Assembly (NCBI RefSeq): GCF_018350175.1
Contig: NC_058378.1
Location: 62,434,001 to 62,498,000, forward strand
DNA length: 64,000 bases
From: Felis catus
Taxonomy: Eukaryota
Direction of reading: 5' to 3'
Position 1 is the stretch's first letter; each line of letters starts with the position of its first letter. The position numbers and the translations under genes are program-made. The notes beneath the pieces are model-generated. The model made no database searches and was not told where the DNA came from. It was given only the letters and a program-made list of their open reading frames with translations. This document shows positions 1-12,785 of the stretch, in pieces.

Positions 1-166
1 TTAGGCAGTAATAATATATCAGTCAAAACTCCAATAACAATACCTCATTAAAAAGGGGAAAATAAAGAAAAGGGACATAATAATTGACGTGGAAATGTTG
101 GGGTTCAGAGCGAACAGTCAAGAAAGAGTTCTTGACTCTTGACTCTTGACTCTTTCTTTGCCCTTA

Positions 167-332
167 GCGCCTGCATGGCTCAGTCAGTTGAGCGTCCAAT
201 TCTTGATTTTGGTTCAGGTAGTGATCCCAAGGTTGTGGGATAAAGCCCTGAGTTGGGCTGCACTCTGAGCCGGGAGCCTGCTTGGAATTCTCTCTCCCTC
301 TGCCCCTTTCCCCTGCTCATGCTCTTGCTCTG

Positions 333-368
<36 letters not shown>

Positions 369-372
369 AAAA
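167..372 (+). mobile_element. Can-SINE
   Basis: tRNA-derived head ggctcagtcagttgagcg, CT-rich body, poly(A); TSD approximately aaga(g/a)ttcttga. Confidence 0.9.
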
Positions 373-414
373 AGAATTCTTGAGATGTCTTTGGTGCAAA
401 TAGGTGGTTTTATT

Positions 415-632
415 TTATTTTATTTTATTTATTTTTTAAAGTTTATTTATTTTGAGAGAGAGAGTGCATGAGCAGGGGAAAGGCAGAAAGAGAGGGAGAG
501 AGAGAGTCCTAAGCAGGCTCCGCACTGTCAGCACAGAACCAAAATGTGGCTTGAACTCGTGAACCCATGAGATCATGACCTAAGCTGAAATCAAGAGTGG
601 GCACTTAACTGTCTGAGCCACCCAGGCACCCT
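415..632 (-). mobile_element. Can-SINE
   Basis: Reverse-complement consensus; TSD gcaaataggtggttttatt. Confidence 0.92.
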
Positions 633-821
633 GCAAATAGGTGGTTTTATTAAAGCACGAGGACAGGACCTGTGGACAGAAAAAGCTGTACTGGGATTGT
701 GAGGAGAAATTGAGCATATACCTTCAGGTAGGGAGGGGGTTAGGTATAACATAAGTCTCTAAGGAATTTTGGAAGCAAGGTTTCCAGAACCTGGAGGGGG
801 GCTAGCTATTGTTAGGAAAAG

Positions 822-931
822 GTTATTTATTTATTTGTTTATTTATTTATTTATTTTTTTAAAAACTTTTTTTAACGATTTAGTATTTATTTTTGAGAGA
901 GAGAGAGAGAGGCAGAGCATGAACAGGGAGC

Positions 932-979
<48 letters not shown>

Positions 980-1082
980 CTGAAGCAGCTCCAGGCTCTG
1001 AGGGGGCTCGAACTCATGAACTGTGAGTTCATGACCTGAGCTGAAGTCAGACACTTAACCAACTGAGCCACCCAGGTGCCCC
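822..1082 (-). mobile_element. Can-SINE with expanded (GA)n
   Basis: Consensus motifs; TSD aggaaaagg. Confidence 0.92.
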
Positions 1083-2117
1083 AGGAAAAGGTCATTTATC
1101 ACTGCCTAATAAAACCTTAGTCATGAGATGCTTCAGATGTAGATCAGTGGGCCCTATGCTTGGAGGATAATTGCTAACATGTATTTGGGGGGGTAGAGAT
1201 TAAGGAAGTTTCCAAAGGAATTTTTAGAAGTTAAAGGAGACTTCTAGGATCCTGGAGGTCTGGGTAGTGTTAAACTAAGATTGCCTTTTGCCCTTAGCGA
1301 AATATCAACATTGGGGCAGTTGAGATCTAAGGGCAAGGTCACTCCATTTATCTCAAGGACTTGTCAGTGGGCTGTAAGTAGTAAGGAAATTTAATTTGAT
1401 TTTTTTCTTTTGCTTTTATTCCCCACATCATCTCGTTTATGAATACTTTTTCAGAAATCCTAATGAAAAAGTTAATACAGAATTCCAGCAGTGCATCAGA
1501 ATACAATTAAACACTTCTGTAGCGTGATAAAAACGAAGGGTGAAGTTTGGCCCCAAAACAAATGCCATGCTTCAAGGGGAAACACTAGAAACCTTCATGT
1601 TCAAGTCAGTGCAAGATAAGGATGTCTTCTTTCATCTCTCTCTCTCTTTTTTTAACTTGTCAATTTGGAGTGTGATTGGTTTCAGGTATTAAAATCCTGA
1701 CTATGATTTTGTATGTGTTTGAGATTACTAGAGGTTTAAACAAATAGGGGGGTTACTTTTTTCAAACAAGAAGTCTGTATGTGGGTGGCTGCTTTGGTTG
1801 AACGCTTTGATAGTTTAGGGTCGGGTCAAAAGTAAGGTACATATTGGAAAACCATCCTCCAAGGCCGTGTTCCCCAATTTAGACTCTCAATGATAAAGTG
1901 TGAGAATGATGGTTGCCCCACATCCTTTCCAGCACTGGCACTTTCCTAACTTACATTAGTGTGCTTCTTTTATGGGTGAAAAAGATATCTGAATGTGTTG
2001 ATGTGCATTTCTTTAATTAGGAGTGAGGCTGAACAGAACAGGGTTATTGGCCATTTTTATTTCTTCATTTGTAAATAGTCAGTTATAACTTTACCCATTT
2101 TTCTGCTGGTCTGTTTT

Positions 2118-2119
<2 letters not shown>

Positions 2120-2164
<45 letters not shown>
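2120..2164. repeat. (GT)n microsatellite
   Basis: Seen directly. Confidence 0.95.
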
Positions 2165-2166
<2 letters not shown>

Positions 2167-2769
2167 GGTAAATGGAACTGTTTTCATAATCTCAGGTCGT
2201 ACATGTGGCTTCAAATTCTGCATTTATAGGTGACTTGTGACCAACACCAGGCCAACTGCTGGGCACATACTGTACTTCACAGTCAAGAACATTGAAAAAA
2301 AATCCAGACAAATATGGGGACAGATTTCCTGTTCACCCCCAGCTGTGATTATCCCAGTATGTGGAATAACATACACAACAATGGGAGAGACAGGAAGCCA
2401 AACGCTAGTCACGGACGGAGTGATGGATGGTAAAAAAACCCAGCATTTTCCTTGATTTGGTCGATCTCTTGCCATCATAAATTCACCTTTGCGTGCAGTT
2501 TCAAGAGATAATAACAAGTTGGTTTACAGAGCATTTCACTGGAATAGGCTGCTTTGCTGAGATGAGACCTCAGGAGTGTCCGTTGAACAGGATGATTTAC
2601 ATCTGGCTATTTCTTTCCCAGAGAAAAGAGGAAATTTCCTTGTGCTGGGAATCCCCCCGCTCTTCTAGGAGTGTTGGAAACAGCAGGTTAAAGATTATCT
2701 GTCAAAAAAAGTGAAGCCCAGAGAAACTGGGTCATATACTCAAGGTCACATTATTGTTTAGTGACAGTA

Positions 2770-3012
2770 TAATAATAGGTAAAACTCATACTATGTGGTT
2801 ATACTATTGCTTTAAGCACTTTACATATAATACCTCATTTAATTCTCATAATAACCACACACAGAAGGTATCATTAGCATTCCCATTTAACAGATGAAGA
2901 AATTGAAGCCCAAAGAGGCTAAGCAACTTGCTTGAGGTCACACAGCTAGTAAGTGGCAGAGCCGGGATTTAAATCAGGCACTATGGCTCCAGAATCTTGA
3001 CCTTAACTACTA
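2770..3012 (-). mobile_element. MIR
   Basis: Core cccatttaacagatgaagaaattgaagccc...aaggtcacacagctagtaagtggcagagccgggattt. Confidence 0.85.
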
Positions 3013-3057
3013 CCTTGTATCTTTCTGTTCGAAGTAAATCCCCTTCAAATGTACAAC

Positions 3058-4007
3058 TGATGGGATTTTGGGGTGATGGTGGGGTTTGGAGCCAATGGCC
3101 AAGAAAGAATTCTTGAAGATGTGTTTGGTGCAAAAAAAGGTGATTTTATTAAAGCATGGGGACAGGACCTGTGGGCAGAAAGAGCTGCACTGGGGTTGTG
3201 GAGGGTGAATGATTGTATACCTTCAGGTTGGGAGGGGATTAGGGACAGCGTATGTCTAAGGAATTTTGGAAGCAAGGTTTACAGGACCTTGAGGGGCTAG
3301 CTGTTGTTAGGAAAATGTCATTTATTATTGCTTAGTAAAATCTCAGTCCTGAGACCCTTCAGATGTGTATCAGGGGGCCATAAGCTTGGAGTATGATTGC
3401 CAGCATATATCTTGGGGAAGTTGAGATATAGGAAGTGTCCAAAGGAATTCTTATATGTTAAAGTAGATGTACAGGATCCTGGGGAGTTGGGATAATGTTA
3501 AGCCAAGATTCCCTTTTGCCCCTAGCAACGGGTCATCTTTGAGGCAGCTGTGCCCCTAGAGGGAGGTCACTCTGCCTGTTTCAAGGACTAGTCAATGGGC
3601 TAGGCAGTAAGGGAATTTAATTTTTCATTTGCCTTTGTTTCTCACGTCACCATGGCAAGCACTTAAACCCCCTTACATCTTGATGAAGGTGATATTAGGG
3701 CTCCAGAAAACGGAGTCTATATGCTTCTGGAGATTAGGCTATGGATAAGATTGCCTTTTTCTTGCAGTTTACTAAGTTATCTTGCACTTATTCTAAGTTT
3801 ACTAACTAAACTGAAGGAGACTCCTGTCCTGCATGACTGTGATCTCTGCCAGTCAACCATTTGCTTTCTTTTCTTTTCCTTGTTCTTGGGCAGCCAGGAG
3901 TGTGGGAGGAATATCACACATATCCCACCTGTGGGGGTGGGGGTGGGGGTAGGGAGGTGCTGTTAGTCTGTACTTTGCCCTCAGCTTGCCTTATGCTCCC
4001 TCATCGC
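3058..4007 (-). mobile_element. Carnivore ERV solo LTR (CarLTR1-like, longer subfamily)
   Basis: tgatg...catcg termini; flanks caac/ctac (degenerate 4-bp TSD); homologous to 85-1430 plus a ~350-bp extension. Confidence 0.75.
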
Positions 4008-4295
4008 TACACTGAATTTCCCCAAGAATGAGATTACAATAGTATTTAAACATTTTTCAAGCTTTTTTGAAAACACATTTTCCCTTAGAACCCAATATAT
4101 TCACACATAAAAGTGTGTTATAATTGAAAGGCAAATTCCTTAAAAACAATATGCTCACTACATGTGACAAACTCTGGTATATTCCCTCTTCATTCTCTAC
4201 CCATCTCTTACCCTTATTTGAAAATGAAAAGGCAGGCCACAAATTACTAATGAGTCATGATCCACAGTAAGAAAAGAAATGCTTCTTTCTTTCTT

Positions 4296-4409
4296 TTTTA
4301 AAAAAGATTTTTATTCTTAAGTAATCTCTACACTCAGTGTGGGGCTTGAACTCACAACCCTGACATCAAGAGTTGCACGCCCCACCGACTGAGCCAGCCA
4401 GGTGCCCCA
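4296..4409 (-). mobile_element. Short/old Can-SINE
   Basis: gggcttgaactcacaaccctgacatcaagag...ctgagccagccaggtgcccc. Confidence 0.85.
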
Positions 4410-4690
4410 TGTCATGAAAGCTGGTGGTGGTTTATACATGTTAAATTTCCAACCACACATAGCACTTGGAGTAAGGAAAACTGTCAGATAATTTCTATCA
4501 GACTTATTTCTGGTCAGTAGGTATTCATTGAGCTTCCTGTAGTTAATGTCTAAAGATGGTACACTGGGACTTTAAAACAAATCACCAGGCTATATAACCT
4601 TAGGAAAACCTGTCTTCATTCATTCATTTATCCATTCATTCATTCAATAAATATTTGAGCACGTACTATATGCCAGGCATTGTGCTAAAT

Positions 4691-4906
4691 CAGGACTTGG
4701 CAATACTGGCTGGCAGGCCAACTCCAGAGTGCCACCTGTTTCTGTAAATAAAGTTTTACTGGTTCAAAACCATGCCCATTCATTTTTGTATTGTCTGTGG
4801 CTGCTTTTGCACTACAAAAGCACAGTTGGATATGGAGATCATGTGGCCTATGAAGTCCACAATATTTCTTAATCTGGTCCTTTACAGAAAAAGTACACAG
4901 ACTCTG
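4691..4906. mobile_element. MER58-like hAT MITE inserted in an L2 remnant
   Basis: cctgtttctgtaaataaagttttactgg...tggtcctttacagaaaaag motifs. Confidence 0.7.
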
Positions 4907-5771
4907 GTGCTAGATTCTAAAATACAGTGTTATTTTAGACTGGTCTCTGCTGTCCTGGAGGTTTGAATTGTCCTGCTTGACTTCAGCTGGGTTTCAGTCA
5001 CCTTGGGGCAGGGGGTGGGGAGGGATTTGAGGCTTTCTGCCTCCCTCCCATTGCTGCCTCTGAGAACACCTGTTCGCAGTAGATGCTCCATAGTCGTTTT
5101 CTACTGCTGAAATTATTCAGTAGATTTGGCAGCAAATATTGGAAAGAAAGAAACATACCCCCAGGGTAGAAAGGAGAGTTTATTCCTTTAACATAACAAA
5201 TAGTTTCATTTTATAGATGCCTATCTGCTGCTATGAGAAGCTAGTCGTCAACTTTTATTGAGTATCTGTGCATTTGGCCCTCTGGAGAAGAAAAAAGACT
5301 TGGTTCAAACTTTGGCCCTTGTGTTAAGGATAGGGAGATAAAGGAGATAAGTGTATTTTATTGTAATTCTTAATACTTCTGTTTGGGGACCTGGTGCATA
5401 CCTGAAGATGATTTTGGTTTACTACCTTAGAATCGCAAATGTTTATATTCCAATACCTTTTAACTTCGCTTAGTCACTAGTTACTCCCGAGAGTAATTGC
5501 TCTATGCCTGAGTGGATAAGCTAATCCTATTTTTAATTCCTTCCTTCATCAAACTTTCTATTTTGACTGTCTCTTATGGGTCAGCACCATAGATATACTT
5601 AAAGACTGGTCCTTCTAGTCTGGTGGGAAAGACCGAAATAAACACATGGTTACACTATTGTGTATTGACAAAATGACACACAGGTTTTCTAGCAACACAG
5701 AGGAGGGGTACCTAACTAGGGAAGACTTCCTGGAGGAGGTGACACCGAGCTGAGTTTTAAAAAGGCTAACT

Positions 5772-5990
5772 GGGGGCAGCTGGGTAGCTCAGTCGGTTGA
5801 GTGTCCAACTTTGACTCAGGTCATGATCTCATGGTTGGTGGGTTCAAGCCCCACGTAGGGCTTTGCGCTGTCAGAGCAGAGCCTGCTTCAGATTCTTCAT
5901 CTCCCTCTCTCTCTGCCCCTCCGTGGCTTGTGCTCTCTCTTTTTCTCAAAAATAAATATTGAAAAAAAAAGTTAAAAAAGAAAAAAAAGA
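5772..5990 (+). mobile_element. Can-SINE
   Basis: Consensus motifs; TSD aggctaactgg. Confidence 0.92.
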
Positions 5991-8165
5991 ACAGGCTAAC
6001 TGGACAAAGAAGGAGACATAGGATATTCCTGACATGGGAGTGGAGACTTTACCCATGACAATGGGTAAAGTCTAGAGATGTTTGAAAATATGGTGTTTTC
6101 AGGGAAGAGCAGAAATAAGACAAGGGGTTTGTGCTTTGATGTTTTAAAGGAATTATTTATTTACTTATTCACTCATTAATTTATTTCATTTATTTATTCA
6201 TTTGTAGTGGGAACAGGTTGTGTGGAGCTACTCAGTCTTTTTGAATAATCCGGTTAGCTGGTGACTTTGTGTAAGTCCTCCCTGGTTCTAGGAAGAACAC
6301 CAAACTACAGTCTTGGCCTGGCCTCTCCAGCAAGAGCACCAACTGAATGAACCAGTCATACCCAAAAGTAGTCCGACTGGGAGAAGCGCAGTTGCTGTTA
6401 AGCCAATGAAATGCAAGGCAGGTTGGATAACTGCGTGGTTGTGACACTGTCATCCCCTTCTGGTAAAAATCATCGCCTGCAATGGCAGATCGCCCACTGC
6501 TTCCACTTCATGGCCAATCTTTCAATCTTCCTGATAAATGTGCCCCAGCTTTGTAGCCTCCTCCAGTATCAAGAGTGGAGTTTGTATGGAGATCCTTCGG
6601 GAACCGATGTCAAATGCTCAACAAATGTTCTGTTAAGTTTGGTCTGCAGCAGGCTGGAAAAGGAGATTAAAGGAATAAAATATGGCCCGCACAGTCTTGG
6701 AGAGCACCAGCCAGCTGGGACTCTGTTCTGTCATCTAAGGTGAGCAGGGGGTCGGCTGATAAATGTCAACAATTTTCTGTAACACGTGGGCTTTTAATCT
6801 TCCCAGCAGCCCGGGGGAGAAATGTTAGATATGATGACAGGGGCAGTTTTTGCCATGTTGTTTGGGGCCCCAAATGCAGTTTTGATACTAAATTCAAGCG
6901 ACATCGCAAGAATGCCTGCATAAACAGGATTTGTGTTGATCGGGACTTTTGGGTTTTTGGGGGTATAAGCAATGGAAACTAACTCTGTCTAGTTTAAACA
7001 AATGAAGTCAGTTTGTTAGGAGGTTGTATCTAGCAGGACTCAAGAGTGTGGGTATTCCCAGGCCTCCCCAGGGAGTTACCAGGCTCTGAAGAGGCATCAA
7101 CAACCAGGGAGGCTCCTTCCCCCAACGCTCCCTTCTCTTGGGCCTGTGGATTCTTCCCTACGTTCATTTGCTTTATTCTTCCCTCTGTTCAGCCTACTTT
7201 TCTCTGCCTCTCCTGGGATTCACATACTCAGTTCCAGGCCCCAGCAATGAGTGGCTTGCAACTCTTGACCCCATTTATAAATCCCCAGGAAAAATAATGG
7301 GATTGACCTCAGGTGGATCAGGTCTCTACCCGACCCTTCAGCTATGGCCCCAGGGAATCAGATAGGGCCATCTATAACATTTTGGCATCAGGAAGGAACA
7401 TACTTCCTGGGGGGAGTTACTAGTCTCCGAGAAAGGAATTGTGGGCTGTGTGGACTCCCTCCAAATTGGCTCCAGGACCTCTCTGATCCCTTGCAGGAGC
7501 AGGTTTCCTTTAGGGCACAGTCGCTTTGCATCGTAGGCTGGGACTTTCCATGCAGAGCCACATCTCAATGTTTCTTTCTGCTTTTCTGGAGTTCTGCGAT
7601 GTATCTTCACTGGGTGCTACTAAAGAAGTGAGTGTTATGTACAGAAAGCTGTTATTATGAGTCACAACACACAGCTTAGAAATCCTAGCAGGGTGCCATA
7701 GGAAGCACTTATATCCAGGTTTAAACAAAGAGCTTTGCAGAGGTATTACAGTTCATGATCATATATTCAAGTTATCTGGCAGAGTGAATGGATGTGTTCT
7801 TGGCTGTCCCTGGTCTTTGAGTTTGCAGCCATGCCTCTGTTATTCTTCCAAACCTCCACCATTCACCTACCCTCTTCTCAACATTAGTGTCCACTGGCCC
7901 CTGAGAGGGACCGCACCATCCCTATAGCAGGACTTTTACATTCTTGCCTTGGTATGTGCCCAATGCTACTTCCCATACTTGGGATTCCTTCTATTTTCTT
8001 CCATGACTCTCTGAGCCATCTGTATCATTTAAGGTCAAGGTCAAGGGCCATGTCTACCATGTAGCTTTTCCTAATATGCTATCCTTCACAGTTCTTCCTT
8101 ATTTTAGAGCTCATTCAATAGACACTTAACTTAATAGTTGTAAACTGAGAGGAGTGATGGCCATT

Positions 8166-8543
8166 TATATTGGTTTTTTCGTCTGCCATAATAAAGTACC
8201 ACTGACTAGGGTGGCTTAAAGAGAAATTTATTTGCTCACTGTTCTGGAGGCTAGGAGACCAAGGTCAAGGTGTCAGTGGGTTTGGTTTCTCCTGTGTCCT
8301 CTCTGCTTGGCTTGCAGATGCCCTTCTTTTCACTATGTCTTTCCTTTGTGTACATGCGTCCCTGGTGTCTCTTTGTGTGTCCAAATTTCTTCTTGTAAGG
8401 ACACAATTCAGACTGTATTAGGCTCACCCTAATGGCCTTATTTTAACTCACAAAGCCCTCATCTCCAGATACAGTGACATTCTGAGGTAGTGAGGCTATA
8501 GCTTCAACATATGGGTTTTAGGGGGACACAGTTCAGCCTACAA
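8166..8543. mobile_element. MLT1 (MaLR) LTR
   Basis: ataaagtaccactgactagggtggcttaaa...gttctggaggctagg...gggggacacagttcagcc. Confidence 0.8.
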
Positions 8544-10199
8544 TACCAATGGAGACAGGGCTGAACAAGATATACATGTACCTTGCCTTCTTGTTTGATA
8601 GCTTGTAGAGAAGACAGATCTTAAGCAACCATTTCCATGAACACATGATTAACTACCATTGTGAGAGGGTCCAAGAAGTCGAATACATGGTACTTGCAAA
8701 GGTAATCTGGTGTTGAGGGATGGTCAGGAAATCTCTCCCCGAGGAAGTGAAATCTGCAGGAGGGGTGGACGGGAGTTAGCCAGGTGAAGAGGGATGGTTG
8801 AGTATTCCAGACAGAAAGATAAACCTCTGTGAACTCCAAGCGGTGGGAAAGAACATGACATACACAGGGAACTGAAAGAAGCCATTGGGGCAAGAAGTGA
8901 GCCATGGGAGAAGGCACCAGAAGGTCAAAGGGGTCAGATGACACTGGATATTATATTCCGACATCCTCATTTCAGTGCTTACCACATCCCGCCTTGGAGT
9001 GTTTTACAATTTTTTTTGTGTGGGGGAGGGGGTGCCATGCGTGTTTTGCTTCTCCTTATGCTCCCTTGGGAGGAGATCCTCGATTCAACTCCTTTTATAT
9101 TTTCCACAGTAGGCAGCACAAGGCTGGGCACATAGTAGAGGCTCAGTAAATAAATTAAGTGGATGTAATGAGTAATGAAATTGATAGAAGCACTCTTACT
9201 TGTCTAAATTAGGGGCTGACCCAATCTTGGTGGATGAGCGTCTCCTGGAGGCTTTAAAAGGTGAGAACTTTTGGTAGTGTGATGCCACCTAGTGTTCCTT
9301 TTTATTACAACAACAAAGGGGAACAGGGTCTTCAGGAATCTGGAAAATTGGAAATGAAGCACTTTCTTTCATCAGCATACATTAATTTGTCCAACCACCC
9401 ATCCTCTCATCCATTAATCCATCCAAGTTGATGTCACCTGCATCTCTTTCCTGTGAGTTGAACGTGTCATGTTCCTTTCCACCTCCTGTGGTTCCCTGAT
9501 TTCCTTTGTTAAGGTCTTTTTGTCCTCATATTCTAAATAATGTTCTCAGGTATCAGTGTCTAGACTGACCCAGCACCCATAGTGCTCGCTGTTGGCATGG
9601 CATGTTCTAAATTATGCCATCATATTGTGTTGGGATTACTTGTAGATGGTCTTTTCTCTCTTTCCCCCAAAGCCAGATTGTGAATGCAAAGGGCAGTGAC
9701 TCTGTCTTAGTTGGCTCTGTGGTTCCTCTGGCCAGCCTTGTACTTACAATGCAGCAGGTGCTTTAAAGAAGTGTTTTCTGGATTGAATTTCTGTCACCTT
9801 GGCAGGCCATCTGCTTGTAAAATAATCCTTCAGAAGATTCTTGGGAAATGGGAAGACATATAGCACTATAACTGATACCAATACAAGATATGGGTGGCCA
9901 GGGCCCTCTAGGTCTTTCTCTGTTATGTACCTTCAGGAATGTTATGGAGTCTCTCTGGATCACGATGGTATCACCACCTGTTAGTCCCAGTGTGATTGGA
10001 TCTCCTGTAAACACACAAAGTAGCCTGAGCCCTGTTGCCTACCCTGTGTTCTCATTTCCATTAGCTTGGCTTGCAGTTTGGTTCAGCCTGATCCTCCAGC
10101 TTCAGCTGCCACTTCTCCCATTGCCTCCATAGTGCATTATGCCTCTGTCATATTATGTCCTTTTTTGTCTACCAGATATATAGTCTCTGTTCATGAATG

Positions 10200-10682
10200 A
10201 GATACAATTATACAAATGTGAATTTTCCCCAAGTTAAATCATAAATTCATTAATGTTCCAGTTAAGATTTCTCATGAGGAACTTGAAAACATCCTGAAAA
10301 TTATATGGGTTGATGGAGGTTCATGATTAGCCAGTGACGTTTTGATAGAAGAAGTAGGAGTGGGGGACTTGCCCTCAATCATGATGTCTGGCTATAAAAC
10401 CATCATGATAAAACCTTGTGGTACTAGCACAGGAGCAAGCCACAGAGCTCAGTGCAGAACTGTCTATATTTGGGAACCAAGATGTTGAAAATGGGCTCAC
10501 TCCTCTGAGAAAAAAAAATCGGATCCTTACCTCACACCATACGCAAAAGTAAGATGGGCTCAAGAACTGAATGCTAACAAGCAAAACTATGACACTAATG
10601 TAAGAAAATGATAGACAATACCTTTATGACCTTGGGGTTGAGAAGGACTTCTTAAATCATACTGGAAAAGCATGTAAAAAGT

Positions 10683-10726
<44 letters not shown>

Positions 10727-11930
10727 ATGAAGGGCTACAAAATGAAGGATTATTGTTTTACAAAGGACATGGCAAGCAAAGTTTTCAGTCTTTGAAAGCA
10801 GATTAATGTCCAGATTAATGTACAAAAACCTCTTGCAAATCAAATGAAAAAGAAAAAGAGCAACTGAAATATAGGTAAAGGCTATAAATAGACAATTCAC
10901 AGAAGGGAATCCCAAGTGGCTTATAGATGTATGAAGAAATGTTCAATTTCACTAGGAGTCAGAGAAACGCAGAGTAAAGCAAAAATATGTTGACACTACT
11001 TCCATGATAATTGGCAGAATTTAGAAAATTGGCTAATTAGATGAGTCAGTATTTGTAAGGCACTTAGAATAGTATTTGACACTTGGTAAACACTATGTGA
11101 GTGTTTATGAATAAACAAACTACAATGTGCTGGTAGGGATGAGAGTAGGGCCAGAAACCCTCACACTGTGCACTGGAGGATAGTGTAGAGCAATAATTCT
11201 GGTGTGCCATCTAGCAGTACTTGAAGTTAAGTACCCAGGGCTCCTAGCAGGCTGCTGGGCACCTTTGTGCCATTGGAAAACAGGGTTGGAAAACTGGGCA
11301 CCTTTGTGCCATTGGAAAACCACTGGGCAAATGAATTTGAAAGAGGAATACCCTCTCAATAGTAATAGCCTCTCAGGTTCGTGACTTGACTAGGGAACAG
11401 AGCTTTTGGGGGAAGAAAAGGGCACATCTTCCTTCAGCAGGGCACATGACATAGGAAAGCTGTTTTCCAGCTCCCATTGGTGCATGGCTGGATGTCTTTG
11501 TGCAGGACAAGTTGCATAACCAAATGTGAATTGCCCTGTACATCCACTATAACTTACCAACCTCATTTTTAGGCATATGTTGCCGAGGAATTGCACATAG
11601 GTCCACAAGAGACCATGGACGAGGATGATTATCGCTGAGAGGTAGGGGTAGCCTTGGTATCCATTTGGGGAATGGAAGTCACATGTGTTGCTGTCCAATA
11701 TGGAATACTGTGCAGCAATCAGAAGCGATAAACTAGGATTACAATACCAACTGCAAAAGAATAGATTCATAAAAAGAATATTGAGTGAAAAAAAGTAGAA
11801 AATAAGATCATCCTAAAGTCCCATATCATTAAAAAATACACTAATAAAAATGCATACACTTTTCAAAAATGCATATTCAAGCACAGTAGCATGAATGTTT
11901 ATGGGGCTGAGGAGGGATGGGAGTAAGGAT
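10200..11930 (+). mobile_element. Ancient L1M 3' region with a nested MIR fragment and MER91A-like element
   Basis: Degenerate ORF2 and 3'UTR motifs (ccttacctcacaccatacgcaaaa, atggaatactgtgcagcaat). Confidence 0.65.
11236..11538 (-). mobile_element. MER91A-like hAT-Tip100 element
   Basis: cagggc...gccctg termini; ggcacctttgtgc and tttgtgcag...tgcataac motifs. Confidence 0.55.
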
Positions 11931-12600
11931 GGGGTTAAAGGGGAAAAAAAAAAACAAGAGGGGTTTTGCATATTTCATGAGCCAAGTTGTTTACCCTCTG
12001 TACCTGAAGGTTAAAGAGTGTGGAGGAGGAGGGGGAGAGGGAAACGAAATGATCTTGAGAGGAGCCCTAGATGAAAGGCAACTTTCCATGATGTGGCTCC
12101 ACATACGTTTTCCCAGGGTGCTTCGAGCGCTGCGCCCTATTATTCTTACCACTGGTGACTAAACCCTTTGAAAGCAGGGTCTGTGTTTTCTCCACCTTAC
12201 TTTCCCCTCCGTATCTTGCACACAGTATCTGCTTCATGAGGGTTGAGTTGACTCGAACGGAGATTATTTCGTGTTCCCGCGACGGAGTCTCTTTGTCACG
12301 GAGAGCAGAGGGTGGCTTCCGGCCCTTCCAGAAGCCTTTGATCCACCTTTCCATCTAGGCGTTAGTTCTCCTCTGGCCTTAGCGGCCTCCCAGCGCTGCG
12401 CCTTCTCGTTCCTCGGAGTTTCCAACTTCCGAGGGCACCTTGGGACTCCGCCCAGCCTCTCATGGGCCCCGCCCCTCACACCCTTGGTCCCGCCCCACAC
12501 AGGGCAGTTTGCCTATTGCCTCTTAGGACGCCTCCCGGGTGCCCTCCCCAGAGGCTCCTCCCCTTTCGGAAGTCCTCCAGTTTCCTCAGAGGGCGTGGCG

Positions 12601-12613
12601 GTTGCCTGGCGAC
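12601..12613. promoter_or_regulatory. RFX X-box (GTTGCCTGGCGAC)
   Basis: Close match to GTTRCC-N-RGYAAC about 165 bp upstream of the ATG. RFX control of ciliary genes is established. Confidence 0.75.
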
Positions 12614-12776
12614 GGGAGGACGCGCCGAGCGCCGGGTTTCGGCCCCCTGCGGGGGATACCAATAACGTGGCGCTGTTTTAGACGCCGGGGGTAGTGCACA
12701 GCCCCATCCGCAGCTCCGGCCCGGTTTCCGCGATCACCACAGAAGCCTCTGAGGCCACCCCCCAGAGAGCGTCAGG

Positions 12777-12785
12777 ATGGCCGAG
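12777..12785 (+). CDS. CFAP58: CFAP58 exon 1 coding part (MAE)
   Basis: aggATGG Kozak context in the CpG island; ATG GCC GAG|gtcagg donor; joins exon 2 in phase 0. Confidence 0.9.

Larger units (their letters stand above)
85..1430 (-). mobile_element. Carnivore ERV solo LTR (CarLTR1-like) interrupted by three Can-SINEs
   Basis: Inverted termini tgacgtgg...ccacatca; minus-strand AATAAA; colinear homology with 3058-4007. Confidence 0.75.

Noticed and set aside
85-4007. A single provirus bounded by two LTRs
   Set aside because: The LTRs differ in length and sequence, share no outer TSD, and the spacer holds older MIR/L1 remnants rather than retroviral genes.
12271-12681. 136-aa ORF over the promoter
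   Set aside because: GTG start, GC-rich CpG-island composition that lacks stops, and no recognisable protein.
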